Origin: Ostreococcus lucimarinus
Lineage: Eukaryota
Direction: 5' to 3' (one strand)
DNA: 64,000 nt
Assembly (NCBI GenBank): GCA_000092065.1
Contig: CP000581.1
Every line of letters begins with the position of its first letter. Position 1 is the first letter of the stretch. The position numbers were made by a program, and so were the translations under genes. Positions 1 to 10,126 of this stretch are shown one piece after another. Below the pieces are notes generated by a model, which was not told where the DNA came from, made no database searches, and saw only the letters and a program-made list of their open reading frames with translations.

Positions 1-972
1 AAAACCGGCAAGAATGAATACGATGGTGTTAGCCGCGTATGTTAGCACCTCCCAAAAGTGATGCATAGAGTGTTGTATGTTGCCCTTGAAAAACGTTCTG
101 CCCTTGGCGCTCAGGTACCATCCGAGAACGACGACGGCAAGCACGCCGCTGCACTTGATGACGATTTCGGCGAGCATGAAAGAAATATAACCAGCAAAAA
201 GAGTGATGGTAATATCTACTAAATGGTCTTTATGGGAATTTCGCAACCAAATCAAGCACAGTTCGCCGACGACGACGCCGGTGATGACTGATAAGATGGG
301 TTGAGTGATTAAATCCTTCATCACATCTCCGAACGAGAGATGCTCGCCTTTTGCGATCGCCAAAAAAACGTTGAAGACGACGATGGCGGTACCATCATTC
401 ACGAGCGACTCGCCTTCGATCAAATGTCCCAAAACTTTACTCGCCCCGACCTCCTTCAAGATGGCGACGACGGCGACGGGATCTGTCGCCGCCAAAATCG
501 ACCCCACCATCATACAAAATGCCCAGCTAAAATCGAACGGAAACACGCGTAACACGCACCCAGTGAGCGCCATGCTCATCAACACTCCGGGCCCGGCCAA
601 GATCAACACCTTGGGCAGCACCTTTTTCAGCGTGTGCCACTCCATCGAAAACGACGACTCAAAAATCAACGCAGGTAGGAAACACGCCAACAACACGTGC
701 GGGTTGATCCCACCCCACGCGCTCAGCGACGCCTCTAACAGTCCCAAGTCTGCGTAGTAATACACCACCGCCATGACCATGCCGATGATGAACAGCACAA
801 CCGTGTACGGTACCGACGTCCCGTGAAGCGCCGTCCTCGCCGCGCTGCCGACGGCTAGAGAGATGAATATGAACCACAGCGGTGCCGTCGCATCGTCGTG
901 CGCTGCGGCGTTGACAGCCGTGGCGTTCGACGCCGCCGCGCTGAGCAGCGTGCGACCGACGCGAGGCGTCAT
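1..972 (-). CDS. Na+/H+ exchanger (CPA1/NHX family), N-terminal part; 3' end lies outside the window
   Basis: Reverse-strand translation from ATG (cat at 970-972): MTPRVGRTLLSAAAS...ATDPVAVVAILKEVGA...ESLVNDGTAIVVF. These match the conserved CPA1 antiporter core motifs across multiple TM helices. The ORF track shows only fragments here (the 305..757 + ORF is antisense). Confidence 0.75.
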   Translation of the reverse strand, partial: MTPRVGRTLLSAAASNATAVNAAAHDDATAPLWFIFISLAVGSAARTALHGTSVPYTVVLFIIGMVMAVVYYYADLGLLEASLSAWGGINPHVLLACFLPALIFESSFSMEWHTLKKVLPKVLILAGPGVLMSMALTGCVLRVFPFDFSWAFCMMVGSILAATDPVAVVAILKEVGASKVLGHLIEGESLVNDGTAIVVFNVFLAIAKGEHLSFGDVMKDLITQPILSVITGVVVGELCLIWLRNSHKDHLVDITITLFAGYISFMLAEIVIKCSGVLAVVVLGWYLSAKGRTFFKGNIQHSMHHFWEVLTYAANTIVFILAGF

Positions 973-1290
973 CGCGCGCGGGGACGACGCGATTTCACGT
1001 CACGGCAACGTTTAGCAAGACAATGCCGTCACGTCACGTCACGGCACGTCACGCGTGAAAACAGCACGACGAACGAAGACGCGGCCGCGCGGCAACGCGA
1101 TCGCGCGGCCGCGCGCTCGAGCGGCGACGGCGAACGCCGCGAGCGCCGCGCGTGGTTTACGCTCGCGCGCGGACGTGTGCTGGAGGCGCGTCGTGACAAG
1201 GCGCGGTCACCTCGTCGGTTAAAGAAACCCGGGAGTCGTGAGGTTTGCACTCGTTGTTGAATTGAAGTGGTTGTATTACACGACGAAACA

Positions 1291-4215
1291 TCATTGAATG
1301 CGCGCACCAACGCGCGCACAGTACTCTGACAATGCCACTTGAACTTCCTGAGGGGTTTGGACGACGATGGATGCGATCGGGCGCTGAGAGGAGAATCGTG
1401 CCAGCGTCTCGGCGACGTGGCGCCTGACGTCGACGACATCCGGCACCGGATCCTTCTCCTTCACCGCACCTTGGGTGAGCTTGGAGTAAGACGCGGCGTA
1501 TCCGGCGTTGGCTTCAAGCTCTTCGAGTAAGGCGTCGTCGTCCTCGCCGACGGGTTCGTCGTCGTCGGGCTTGATGCACTGCTGGACGACGCCCGAGAGG
1601 AGCTTAGCAAAGGCTCCTGGACGATCGACCACGGGTGGGCACTCGGTGAGAAACTTAAGCGCAGCCACGCACGTGAGCTTACGCTCGGTCTTTCCCGTGA
1701 CACCAACGATATCCACCGCGACTACGTTTTCTAAAATCATGTCAAAGATGCCCTGCTGCACTTTGTTCATGCTATCCATCACGCTCGACGGACCGTGTTT
1801 GACGCACAACGCCGACGTGAACACGACCAAGCATCTGCTAAACTTGGGAGTGCGGCTAGTTTGTTGACGTTGAAACAGGATGCTCCAGATCGTGGGCAAA
1901 AATGGCGCCCACGCATCCAAGGCGAGAGATTCCACGAAAGAATTTAAAATGTAAAATCCTTGATGATCCTGCGCCTTGCTCGAGACAAGCTTTTGGAACA
2001 CGCCCAAGACACCTTGCAAGTGACCGCTGGCGACAATGGCTTGCGAATTCTTGGTGAGGTAAGCTTTGAGCAAGCGCACGAGCGGGGTGACGTTCGCGCG
2101 CCGGTCCCACATGAGCGGAGTCAGTAGAGCGGGAAAGATGGCCATGTACGACTCGGGGAGCGTCGCGCCCGCCGGATAACTCTCAATCATCTGCGCCAAC
2201 AACTGGAAGACGTATGGAGTGAACTCCACGACGTCGGCCGTCAACACGTGTTGATAGGCCGGAAAGAGCAACTGCTCAAACTGACCCATGAGCGCGGCTT
2301 CGTTGCTGACGTTTTTGACCAACGATGCTACGGACTCGAACAAATAATGCGCAAAGGTTGGGTTTCTAGGATTCTTGCACAGCTCGAGCAACATCCCACT
2401 CAACTGCTGCAAACAAATCGTCGCCACAGGTTTGACGTCTGCGCCGCTAAACGCGACGACGCGCATGACGCACTTCATCACATATTCATTTTCCGCGCTA
2501 TCGGGAATGGTGAACGCGTGGAACATGTTGGTGTAGAGTTGCTGACTCAAAGGCGCGATGTCGCCCGAGACGTATCTCGGCACGCCCGGACCGTCGCGAA
2601 CGGTGAGCAGACGTTCAAAGCAATTTGCCGCGTAGGAGTGCACGACGTTTTCATCTGTCGCGAGCAACTGCACAATCGCCGGTAGCAACGGCCCAGCGAT
2701 CGTCTTGGGGATCTGTTGTCGAAACATCGTCAAAAACTTGAGTGCGTCGGCGCGCACAACGGCGTGCGACGCGCCCTTCGCTGCCTGCAGCTCGGGCGCG
2801 ATGTGTTGATTGAAAAAGTCAATAATGTTGACTAAATCGTTCGTCTCCGTCGCACCTTTCACGAGCGACTTCGAGCGCACCGTCAAAGCCATGACCAAAT
2901 AAATTGCAGCGTCTTTCGCCTTCCAAAACTTCTTCGGGTCCGCGGAGTACTGCGCCAACAATGAGCTGACGTAGCCAGTGACTGCGCTTGTGACGTGCTC
3001 GGGAAATTTCGCCGTGAGCGCCTTGACGAGCTCGCACGCGCCTCGACGACGCGTATCTGCGTCACTGCCCTCCAGATCCCGTCGGATGTATTCCACGTGA
3101 TTATCGTTGAATAACTCTTCGTCTTCATCTCGAAACTGCAAGTTTGGAATGATGATGTTTTCGCACACTTGACGAAGCGTGTCGGGCGACTCGAACAATT
3201 TGTGATGCACGCTACTCGCCACTGTGGTGAGAAACTTCACACCCGACGTCACTAAATGATCCCGATTCGTCGCCAGGTCCGTGGACATGAGAAGTGTCCA
3301 CACATCTTGGACGAACTGTTGCAAGTAAGGCGCAAACTCTTCCTCATTTTTCTCGATGTAGAGGTTGATATTGTCGCACACCGCCGCCTTGAGTTGGTCA
3401 GCCTCGCTCGCTTTATCGTCATCCGTACTCGCCAATCCGGGCGGAGCTTGGTACGTCAAGAACTTGTGAAACACGCCCATCCACCCCGCCATGGCATCTT
3501 CGAAAACTTCGGGCAACTCCTGGCTATTCAAACTATAGAAGACTCTGCAAATCAACCGCAAGCACTGCAACAACTGACGCGTGAGCTCAACATTCGCCCC
3601 GCTCGCGTCTAACGCCGCGCTCACCTCCAGCGTCAGCTCAAGCAACGGCTTCGAAAACGTATCCAACACATACTTGAGCTCTTTATACAGCTCCTCTGTC
3701 TTCATCGCTCCGCGGTATCGCTTGAATATCGCGTTCGCCGTCGTCAACACGCCCGCCACGTCCCGAAAGTCCCTGTTCCCCGCGCTTCCGAGTCTCTGCA
3801 CCAGCTCCGGAAGTAATCCTTCCCATCGTTCGGGGAAATCGACCGCACATATTATGCTCAACGCTTCGCTCAACTGCGCCGACACCAGCTTGGGCGCGCG
3901 CAGCATCAGCCCCACGATGGCGCCTCGGCAGCGCGTCTTTTCGCCCTCGCTCGTCCCCACCGGTTTCACCGCCCCCACCTCATCCGGTTCGCTCGGGTCC
4001 CAGTTCTTCTTCACCATGTTCTTAAACGTCACCGCCGCGCTCTGTCGCGTCATCGCATCGACGTGGTCGCTCGCCGCGAGCTCCAGGACGCGCAAAAGGA
4101 ATCCATCTTGGATCGATCTCGAGCGCAGAAACTCTTCAGCGCTCGCGCGTTGCGACGCGTCAGCGCTGAGCGACGCCTGCAGCGCCGCGACGAGGGCTGA
4201 TGTGTCGTCGGACAT
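1291..4215 (-). CDS. CSE1: Exportin-2 / CSE1 (CAS), importin-alpha re-exporter
   Basis: ORF 1291..4233 (980 aa). The first ATG is at 4215 (MSDDTSALVAALQ...); the ORF-track start is a TTG. N-terminal importin-beta-like motif AAVTFKNMVKKNW, Cse1/CAS C-terminal region, ~970 aa as expected for CSE1L. Single exon. Confidence 0.85.
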   Translation of the reverse strand: MSDDTSALVAALQASLSADASQRASAEEFLRSRSIQDGFLLRVLELAASDHVDAMTRQSAAVTFKNMVKKNWDPSEPDEVGAVKPVGTSEGEKTRCRGAIVGLMLRAPKLVSAQLSEALSIICAVDFPERWEGLLPELVQRLGSAGNRDFRDVAGVLTTANAIFKRYRGAMKTEELYKELKYVLDTFSKPLLELTLEVSAALDASGANVELTRQLLQCLRLICRVFYSLNSQELPEVFEDAMAGWMGVFHKFLTYQAPPGLASTDDDKASEADQLKAAVCDNINLYIEKNEEEFAPYLQQFVQDVWTLLMSTDLATNRDHLVTSGVKFLTTVASSVHHKLFESPDTLRQVCENIIIPNLQFRDEDEELFNDNHVEYIRRDLEGSDADTRRRGACELVKALTAKFPEHVTSAVTGYVSSLLAQYSADPKKFWKAKDAAIYLVMALTVRSKSLVKGATETNDLVNIIDFFNQHIAPELQAAKGASHAVVRADALKFLTMFRQQIPKTIAGPLLPAIVQLLATDENVVHSYAANCFERLLTVRDGPGVPRYVSGDIAPLSQQLYTNMFHAFTIPDSAENEYVMKCVMRVVAFSGADVKPVATICLQQLSGMLLELCKNPRNPTFAHYLFESVASLVKNVSNEAALMGQFEQLLFPAYQHVLTADVVEFTPYVFQLLAQMIESYPAGATLPESYMAIFPALLTPLMWDRRANVTPLVRLLKAYLTKNSQAIVASGHLQGVLGVFQKLVSSKAQDHQGFYILNSFVESLALDAWAPFLPTIWSILFQRQQTSRTPKFSRCLVVFTSALCVKHGPSSVMDSMNKVQQGIFDMILENVVAVDIVGVTGKTERKLTCVAALKFLTECPPVVDRPGAFAKLLSGVVQQCIKPDDDEPVGEDDDALLEELEANAGYAASYSKLTQGAVKEKDPVPDVVDVRRHVAETLARFSSQRPIASIVVQTPQEVQVALSEYCARVGARIQ

Positions 4216-4468
4216 CGATCCAGCGGACGCCAACGCGAAGCGGCGAGGACTCGACGCGAAGCGCGTGAAACTGAGGAGGAAGAGCGCAGCGGCGGCTCAA
4301 CGCGCGTTCGAACGCGCGTGACGCAAGACGCGAGACGGGTGCGGGCGCGTGCGTGGCAAATGATGATGAATGCATTAAATCGAGAATGTGTGTTTAATGT
4401 GTGTTTAAGAAATGTTTGCGCGTGTGTGATAAAGAATATGTTGAAGGCTGAGCGCGAAAGGCGTCGCC

Positions 4469-6394
4469 TCAGCTCGGTCCCATCGAGATTGGAACACCTT
4501 GCGAGGAAGCCTTGGAGCCAAGTTTTTCCTTCATGGTGTCCGTGGTCGAGCCCGGGGCGTCTTTGTAGTTGCCTAAAAACCTTGAGCGGAGTTCGCGGAA
4601 CATGGCGTCAGCCCTGTTGCCGCTCGTAGCGATGCCATCCTTCGTGCGCGAGACGCCGTCGAGCATGTCGTCGATGGACACCAATTGTCTACCGTCGCGT
4701 ACGCTCAATAATGCGGCTTCGTTGGCGACGTTGGCGAGCTCGGCGCCGGTGAAGCCTGGTGTGGCGCGAGAAATAACGTCGCACACAACGTCGACGTCTT
4801 CCTCGAGATCCAAACCGCGCAAGTGCACTGACAAGATTTGCGCTCTCCCTTGCTGCGTTGGCGGGCCGACAAACACGCGTCGCGTCAAACGACCGGGACG
4901 CAACAGCGCCGGATCGAGCGCGTCCGGTCGGTTCGTCGCAGCTAAAATCAAAATTCCACTGTCCTTGGCGAATCCGTCCATCTCTACCAGCAATTGATTG
5001 AGCGTTTGGTCGCGTTCTTCGTTCAGACCCGCGCCTCGCCGCGATCCGACGGCGTCGAGTTCGTCGATGAAAATAATCGCAGGTCTGGCCTTTCGCGCCT
5101 CGGCAAACAGCTCGCGAACGCGCGCCGCACCGCGGCCGACGAACAGTTCGACAAACTCGGACGCGGCGACGGGGAAAAACGCAACGCCGGATTCGCCCGC
5201 CACCGCGCGAGCGAGTAGCGTCTTACCCGTCCCCGGCGGTCCGACCAAAAGGCACCCCGTGGGAAGTCTGCCGCGAACGTTCTTGTACTTTTCGGCGTTC
5301 TTCATGATTTGCACCAATTCAAAAAGTTCGGCCTTTGCCTCTTGCACGCCCGCCACGTCGGCGAACGTCACCTTGTCGGCTTCGTCTGTGCGCGCAGCCT
5401 TTTTCCGCTTTTTATCGCCCGCACCGCTCTGTCTGTTGATGGCGTTCCGCATGATGATCATGAGCGGAATGATAGGCAACCACATCGCGAGCACGGTGAA
5501 CATACCGCGGGACGCCAATCTCGACACCGCCGCGGGAACCGCGCCGAATTCCACCCCCGCGGCTTCGAGCTTCTTCATCAGCTCTGCGTCGCCGACCAAT
5601 CGTTTCGTCTGCAGCGTTCTCGCACGCCCAACCGCCGCATTCGGCTTCAAATCGTACAACAATCGCGTCGACCCTTCCTCAAATCGCACCGTCGATATCT
5701 TCTTGCCCTTTAAATCCTTCAAAAACGAACTGTACATCGTCGTCGGCACCACCGGCGCCGCCGCCTTCTTCGCGTTGTGTCCCCTTATCGCCATCCCCGC
5801 CCCGACCGTCGCCGCCATCACCAACCCCAGCCTCCCCAGGCGCGTTCTCGCGCTCATCGCGATCGCTCGCGCCGGCGTCGCGATCACCAACCACACCAGC
5901 ACCGCGAACGCGCGTCGCGCCACCAGCCCGAGCAGCAGCGTTCGCGTCGCCACCCAGCGCCACGCCGAGAACGGTTTCCGCTCCACCGGCCCGAGATCAT
6001 CCGACGCCGCGCTCGCGCTCGCGCTCGCGTCATCCTCCCCACTCGCGCGTTCCGTCGCGCCGCCGTCGCCGCCATCGCGCGCCGCCGTCGCCGTCTTCGT
6101 CACCGCGTCCCGCTCGACGTCATTGCCTTCGCGCGCGTTATCCACCCCCTGCGGCGTCGACACCGCGCGCGCGCGGCTCTCGAGCCCCCGCGCGAGCGCG
6201 CCGTTCGCACCCGCATCGCTCGCGCGCGCTCGCGCGCCGAGCGCGGCGCTCGCGACGCCCCGGCGGTCCCGCGAACGCGTCGCGCGCGACGCCGACGTCG
6301 TCGTCGCGAATCCTCGCGCGCGGACGACGCCGCGCGGCGCGCTCGCGCGCGCGCGCGCGGCGCGCATCGCGGGCGACGGCATCGTCGTCGTCAT
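4469..6394 (-). CDS. FtsH-like AAA+ ATPase lacking the M41 zinc-protease motif (FtsHi-like, probably plastid envelope)
   Basis: 641 aa: R/A/S-rich N-terminus (presequence-like), FtsH extracellular-type domain (YSSFLKDLKGKKISTVRFEEGSTRLLYDLK), one TM, Walker A GPPGTGKT, Walker B IIFIDELD, second region of homology. The C-terminus is short and has no HEXXH, which is the architecture of the short plant FtsHi proteins. Confidence 0.7.
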   Translation of the reverse strand: MTTTMPSPAMRAARARASAPRGVVRARGFATTTSASRATRSRDRRGVASAALGARARASDAGANGALARGLESRARAVSTPQGVDNAREGNDVERDAVTKTATAARDGGDGGATERASGEDDASASASAASDDLGPVERKPFSAWRWVATRTLLLGLVARRAFAVLVWLVIATPARAIAMSARTRLGRLGLVMAATVGAGMAIRGHNAKKAAAPVVPTTMYSSFLKDLKGKKISTVRFEEGSTRLLYDLKPNAAVGRARTLQTKRLVGDAELMKKLEAAGVEFGAVPAAVSRLASRGMFTVLAMWLPIIPLMIIMRNAINRQSGAGDKKRKKAARTDEADKVTFADVAGVQEAKAELFELVQIMKNAEKYKNVRGRLPTGCLLVGPPGTGKTLLARAVAGESGVAFFPVAASEFVELFVGRGAARVRELFAEARKARPAIIFIDELDAVGSRRGAGLNEERDQTLNQLLVEMDGFAKDSGILILAATNRPDALDPALLRPGRLTRRVFVGPPTQQGRAQILSVHLRGLDLEEDVDVVCDVISRATPGFTGAELANVANEAALLSVRDGRQLVSIDDMLDGVSRTKDGIATSGNRADAMFRELRSRFLGNYKDAPGSTTDTMKEKLGSKASSQGVPISMGPS

Positions 6395-6617
6395 CGCGCG
6401 CGTCGACCGTCGCGTCGCGCGCGCGCGTCGAACACTGGCGCCGTCGGCGGGCGACTCGTCTCCTCAGTCAGCGACGCGCGGCGACGCGCGGCGACGACCT
6501 CGACGCGCGGCGCGCGCGAGCGGCGCGAGCGCCGTTCGAAGACGTCGGCGCGCGCGCGCCGCCGCGACGTCGCGGCGGCGCGGGACGCGCGCACCGCGCG
6601 AAGAGCCGCGCGACGTC
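6395..6617. promoter_or_regulatory. Divergent (bidirectional) promoter between the FtsHi-like gene (-) and the desulfurase-TtcA fusion gene (+)
   Basis: ~220 bp CGCG-rich spacer between two start codons pointing away from each other. The call rests on position and composition only. Confidence 0.4.
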
Positions 6618-9600
6618 ATGGCGGCGGCTTCGACGACGACGACGCGCGCGCGCGACGACGACGCGGGACGACGCGGGACGACGCGGGACGACGCGATGCG
6701 CCTCGACGCGATCCTCGAGAGCGTTCGAAGGGACATCGTCGGACACGGGGCGACGTTCGGCGGGGCGTACGGGACGAAGTCGCTGGTGTACGCCGACTAC
6801 ACGGCGAGCGGACGGGCGTCGCGAGCGGTGGAGCGGTGCGTCGCGCGAGACGTGCTGCCGATGTACGCGAACACGCACACGTCGACGTCGACGACGGGGT
6901 CGCAGACGTCGTGCTTTCGAGCGGAGGCGAGACAGGTGGTGGCGCAGTGCGTGAACGCGCGGGTGGGATACAGCGATAGACACGCCGACGTGGTGACGTT
7001 TACGGGAAGCGGGAGCACGAGCGCGATCGATCGGTTGGCGCGAGCGCTCGGGATGCACGTACCGTTACCGGTGAACGCGCCGAGGGAAGCGAGGCCGGTC
7101 GTGTTCGTCGGACCGCACGAACATCACAGTAATATTTTGCCCTGGCGCGAGTCGTGCGCGATTGTGGTGGAAATTCCAGAGGAAGAGAGCTCGGGAATGG
7201 TGGACGTGGACGCGTTGCGCGCGGCGCTGCGCGCGTACGCGTCACACGCGACGCTGATTGGAAGTTTTAGCGCGGCGAGTAACGTGACGGGGGTGAGGGC
7301 GGATGTGAATTTAATCACGGAGACGTTGCATCGAGGAAACGCGTTGGCGTTGTGGGACTACGCCGCCGCCGCGGCGTACGTCGACGTCGACATGAACCCG
7401 GTAGTTTTCGACGAAAACACCGGTGCGTTGAATCCGTACGTATACAAAGATGCGATATTTATGTCACCGCACAAGCTTCCGGGAGGGCCGGGTGCGCCCG
7501 GGATTTTAGTGGCAAAACGCGCATTGTTCGTGAACGAAGTGCCGAGCGAACCGGGCGGAGGAACTGTCTTTTATGTCACGAGCACCGATCACCGGTATTT
7601 AAGCAACAGAGTGGAGCGCGAAGAGGGTGGGACTCAAGACATCGTTGGAAGCATCCGCGCTGGCTTGGCGTTCCAAATGAAAGCTAACGTGGGGACGTCG
7701 TTGATTGAAGCGGCGGAGGAACGACTGCGACGACGATTGTTCGACGAGCTGGAGAAGGATGAGAATATTTGCTTACTCGGACCTCGGGCGAATTCGACGA
7801 CGAAGCGCTTGCCTATTGCGTCGTTTCTCATACGAGCCCCAGCGGTGGATTCGAAAAGTAGGTTTCTACACTACTCATTCACGTGCGCGGTGTTGAACGA
7901 CGTCTTCGGCGTGCAGGCGCGAGGCGGATGCGCGTGCGCAGGGCCGTACGCGCATCGTCTTCTCGGAATATCTCCAGCTGATGCAGCCGCGATCGAGGCG
8001 CACTTGCTAGACAAAGCCGAAGTATTACGACCTGGTTTTGCGCGCGTCAGTTTGCCATACTTCGCGTCTGATGCTGAGATTGAGTACACGTTGGCCGCGG
8101 TACGCGCCGTCGCCGCGCACGGCTGGCGCTTGCTGCCGATGTATCGCATGGACGCCAAGACGGGTGAATGGAGACACGCCCTTCGAGCACGAAGTTTCCC
8201 TGAACGCAAGTGGCTCGCACACATGCAGTTTCCTGTAGATTCGGAAGAAATACACGAATCACCGCCGAGTGAAGAGGAGATATCTCGCCGACTCGACGAA
8301 CAATTGAGCGTCGGGATGCGCATTCTGGAAACGTGCGGTCAGTATCGCGACGGTGAACAACAAGGCAAAGCGAAGAACGGTCAGTTACGCATGCCGAATT
8401 CAGGTGGTATGGCTGCGGATGAGCGCATGGTGCTCGCTGGAGGCCGCGGCGACGACGACTCGAGGCTCGCTTACGACGAGGGCGAAGAGGACGACGACGC
8501 TCCTGAGCCGACGACGAATATCGAGCGCGGCGACGCGCTTCGTTGGTTCATGTTTCCGTCCGAGGCGGCTGCCTTGCTTTCAATCGCGCTTCCAGAGCAC
8601 TCGCACAGCGGAATACTACCACTTAGTTACGTGCCTCCAACTGGGACGATCACCGGCGCATTGCGTCCGCCGAATATTTGCGGCGCTCGCGAATCGGCAC
8701 CAAACGCACACGGTCAAAGTTACCGAACCGAAAGCAGGAAACACCCACTGCGCGTGACGGAAGAGTCGGGAAGTATTCGATCGGGCTTGATTCATCAGCG
8801 AGCGGCACCGTTTTGTGTAGGTGATGCACCGAGCGCACCACAGCCTTCAGTCGCAGAGGCTGAATTTCGCGCCGAATCGACGCTCGAACCGCGCGTGCGA
8901 GAGCTCACACTCGACGTGTCACCACCGATGAAAGAAGTGACGGTGACGGAAGATAGCATGTCCGAAAAACGTGTTCCGATGACAAATGATCAAACGCTTG
9001 ATGGTGCCGTCAGAGAAAAAGAAGTGAAAAAGAAGAGACACAAGTTCGCCAAGCCGTCACCAAAGTTGTTGCGCATGGTGAACCAGGCGATACAAGACTT
9101 TGACATGATTCAACCCGGAGACCGTATTTTGCTTGGTCTTTCGGGAGGTAAAGATTCTCTCGCAATGTTACACATTCTGATGTGCATGATGTCGCGTTAT
9201 CCGCCCGGAACATTTACTCTCGCGTGCGCGACAGTAGATCCCGGCACCGAGGCGTTCAATCCTCGGCCTTTGATTCCTTATGTGGAATCTCTCGGCATCG
9301 AGTACCATTATCTCGAAGAAGAAATCATGGCGATGGCGGACGCGCACATGACTGGTGACAGTATTTGTGCGTTCTGCGCGCGTATGAAACGGGGCGCTCT
9401 ATACACGTGTTGTCGCAAGTATGGTTACAACAAGCTCGTTCTAGCACAACATTTAGATGACTGTGTGGAGAGTTTCCTGATGAGCACAATGTACAACGGA
9501 ACGATGCGAACGATGAAAGCGTCGTATCTCATCGACGAGGGTGATATCACTGTCATTCGTCCCGCCATTTACTTACGCGAGAAGGCTTTACGTGACTTTT

Positions 9601-10112
9601 CTTACGAAGCGGGATTGCCCGTCATCAACGAAAATTGTCCGGCGTGCTTCGAAGCGCCCAAGGAGAGACAGAACATCAAGAAACTTTTGTCTCGCGAAGA
9701 AAGTTCGTTCCCATCGCTGTATTCGTGCATGCGTAATGCGCTAATGCCACTTTTTGATCCTGCCGCTATGGATATACTATCTATGATTCGAGAAACAATC
9801 GATGGGAGAAACAAGTTTAAGGAGCGCGCCAAGGCGCAACGCGCCGAATCTCTCGCAAACGGGAAGTGCAATCCCAAACGCGGAGAAGTTTCAATCGCCA
9901 AGAATGGTGCGAACACCGAGCCTGGGACTGAGCTTAACATCAACGAACCGATAGAACTGTCCAGTGCGTCAGAGATGCAGCTACTGGCAGAGTTAAATAA
10001 AAGGCGTCGTGAACGCATTCGCCAAACCACGAAAACCAACGACAGTGAATTCGACGCCGATTTAACGGAGAAGCAAGTGTTTTGTACCGCAGAAGGATGC
10101 AAACGTGAGTAG
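6618..10112 (+). CDS. Fusion protein: N-terminal class-V aminotransferase / cysteine-desulfurase-like PLP domain + long acidic linker + C-terminal TtcA-type PP-loop ATPase (tRNA 2-thiocytidine synthetase-like)
   Basis: Part of the 1704-aa ORF 4998..10112. Its first ~540 codons are antisense to the FtsHi gene (low-complexity translation) and are excluded. In-frame ATGs lie at 6618 and 6696. N-domain: MSPHKLPGGPGAPGIL (SxHK PLP-lysine motif), YANTHT, RGGCACAGPY (candidate catalytic Cys). C-domain: LGLSGGKDS (PP-loop), CAFCARMKRG and CPAC Cys pairs, LAQHLDDCVESFLMSTMYNGTMRTM (compare TtcA GHHRDD...MFYGG). There is no stop codon through the ~250-aa linker (8.2-9.0 kb). Confidence 0.65.
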   Translation: MAAASTTTTRARDDDAGRRGTTRDDAMRLDAILESVRRDIVGHGATFGGAYGTKSLVYADYTASGRASRAVERCVARDVLPMYANTHTSTSTTGSQTSCFRAEARQVVAQCVNARVGYSDRHADVVTFTGSGSTSAIDRLARALGMHVPLPVNAPREARPVVFVGPHEHHSNILPWRESCAIVVEIPEEESSGMVDVDALRAALRAYASHATLIGSFSAASNVTGVRADVNLITETLHRGNALALWDYAAAAAYVDVDMNPVVFDENTGALNPYVYKDAIFMSPHKLPGGPGAPGILVAKRALFVNEVPSEPGGGTVFYVTSTDHRYLSNRVEREEGGTQDIVGSIRAGLAFQMKANVGTSLIEAAEERLRRRLFDELEKDENICLLGPRANSTTKRLPIASFLIRAPAVDSKSRFLHYSFTCAVLNDVFGVQARGGCACAGPYAHRLLGISPADAAAIEAHLLDKAEVLRPGFARVSLPYFASDAEIEYTLAAVRAVAAHGWRLLPMYRMDAKTGEWRHALRARSFPERKWLAHMQFPVDSEEIHESPPSEEEISRRLDEQLSVGMRILETCGQYRDGEQQGKAKNGQLRMPNSGGMAADERMVLAGGRGDDDSRLAYDEGEEDDDAPEPTTNIERGDALRWFMFPSEAAALLSIALPEHSHSGILPLSYVPPTGTITGALRPPNICGARESAPNAHGQSYRTESRKHPLRVTEESGSIRSGLIHQRAAPFCVGDAPSAPQPSVAEAEFRAESTLEPRVRELTLDVSPPMKEVTVTEDSMSEKRVPMTNDQTLDGAVREKEVKKKRHKFAKPSPKLLRMVNQAIQDFDMIQPGDRILLGLSGGKDSLAMLHILMCMMSRYPPGTFTLACATVDPGTEAFNPRPLIPYVESLGIEYHYLEEEIMAMADAHMTGDSICAFCARMKRGALYTCCRKYGYNKLVLAQHLDDCVESFLMSTMYNGTMRTMKASYLIDEGDITVIRPAIYLREKALRDFSYEAGLPVINENCPACFEAPKERQNIKKLLSREESSFPSLYSCMRNALMPLFDPAAMDILSMIRETIDGRNKFKERAKAQRAESLANGKCNPKRGEVSIAKNGANTEPGTELNINEPIELSSASEMQLLAELNKRRRERIRQTTKTNDSEFDADLTEKQVFCTAEGCKRE

Positions 10113-10126
10113 ATTTTCTAGATCAA

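Noticed and set aside
4998-6617. 5' ~540 codons of the 1704-aa plus-strand ORF (and ORFs 4569..4997, 5309..5713, 5777..6979 +)
   Set aside because: Exactly antisense to the FtsHi gene. The translation is S/A/R/P low-complexity with no domain. It is an open-frame artefact of ~67% GC. The real gene is taken to start at 6618/6696.
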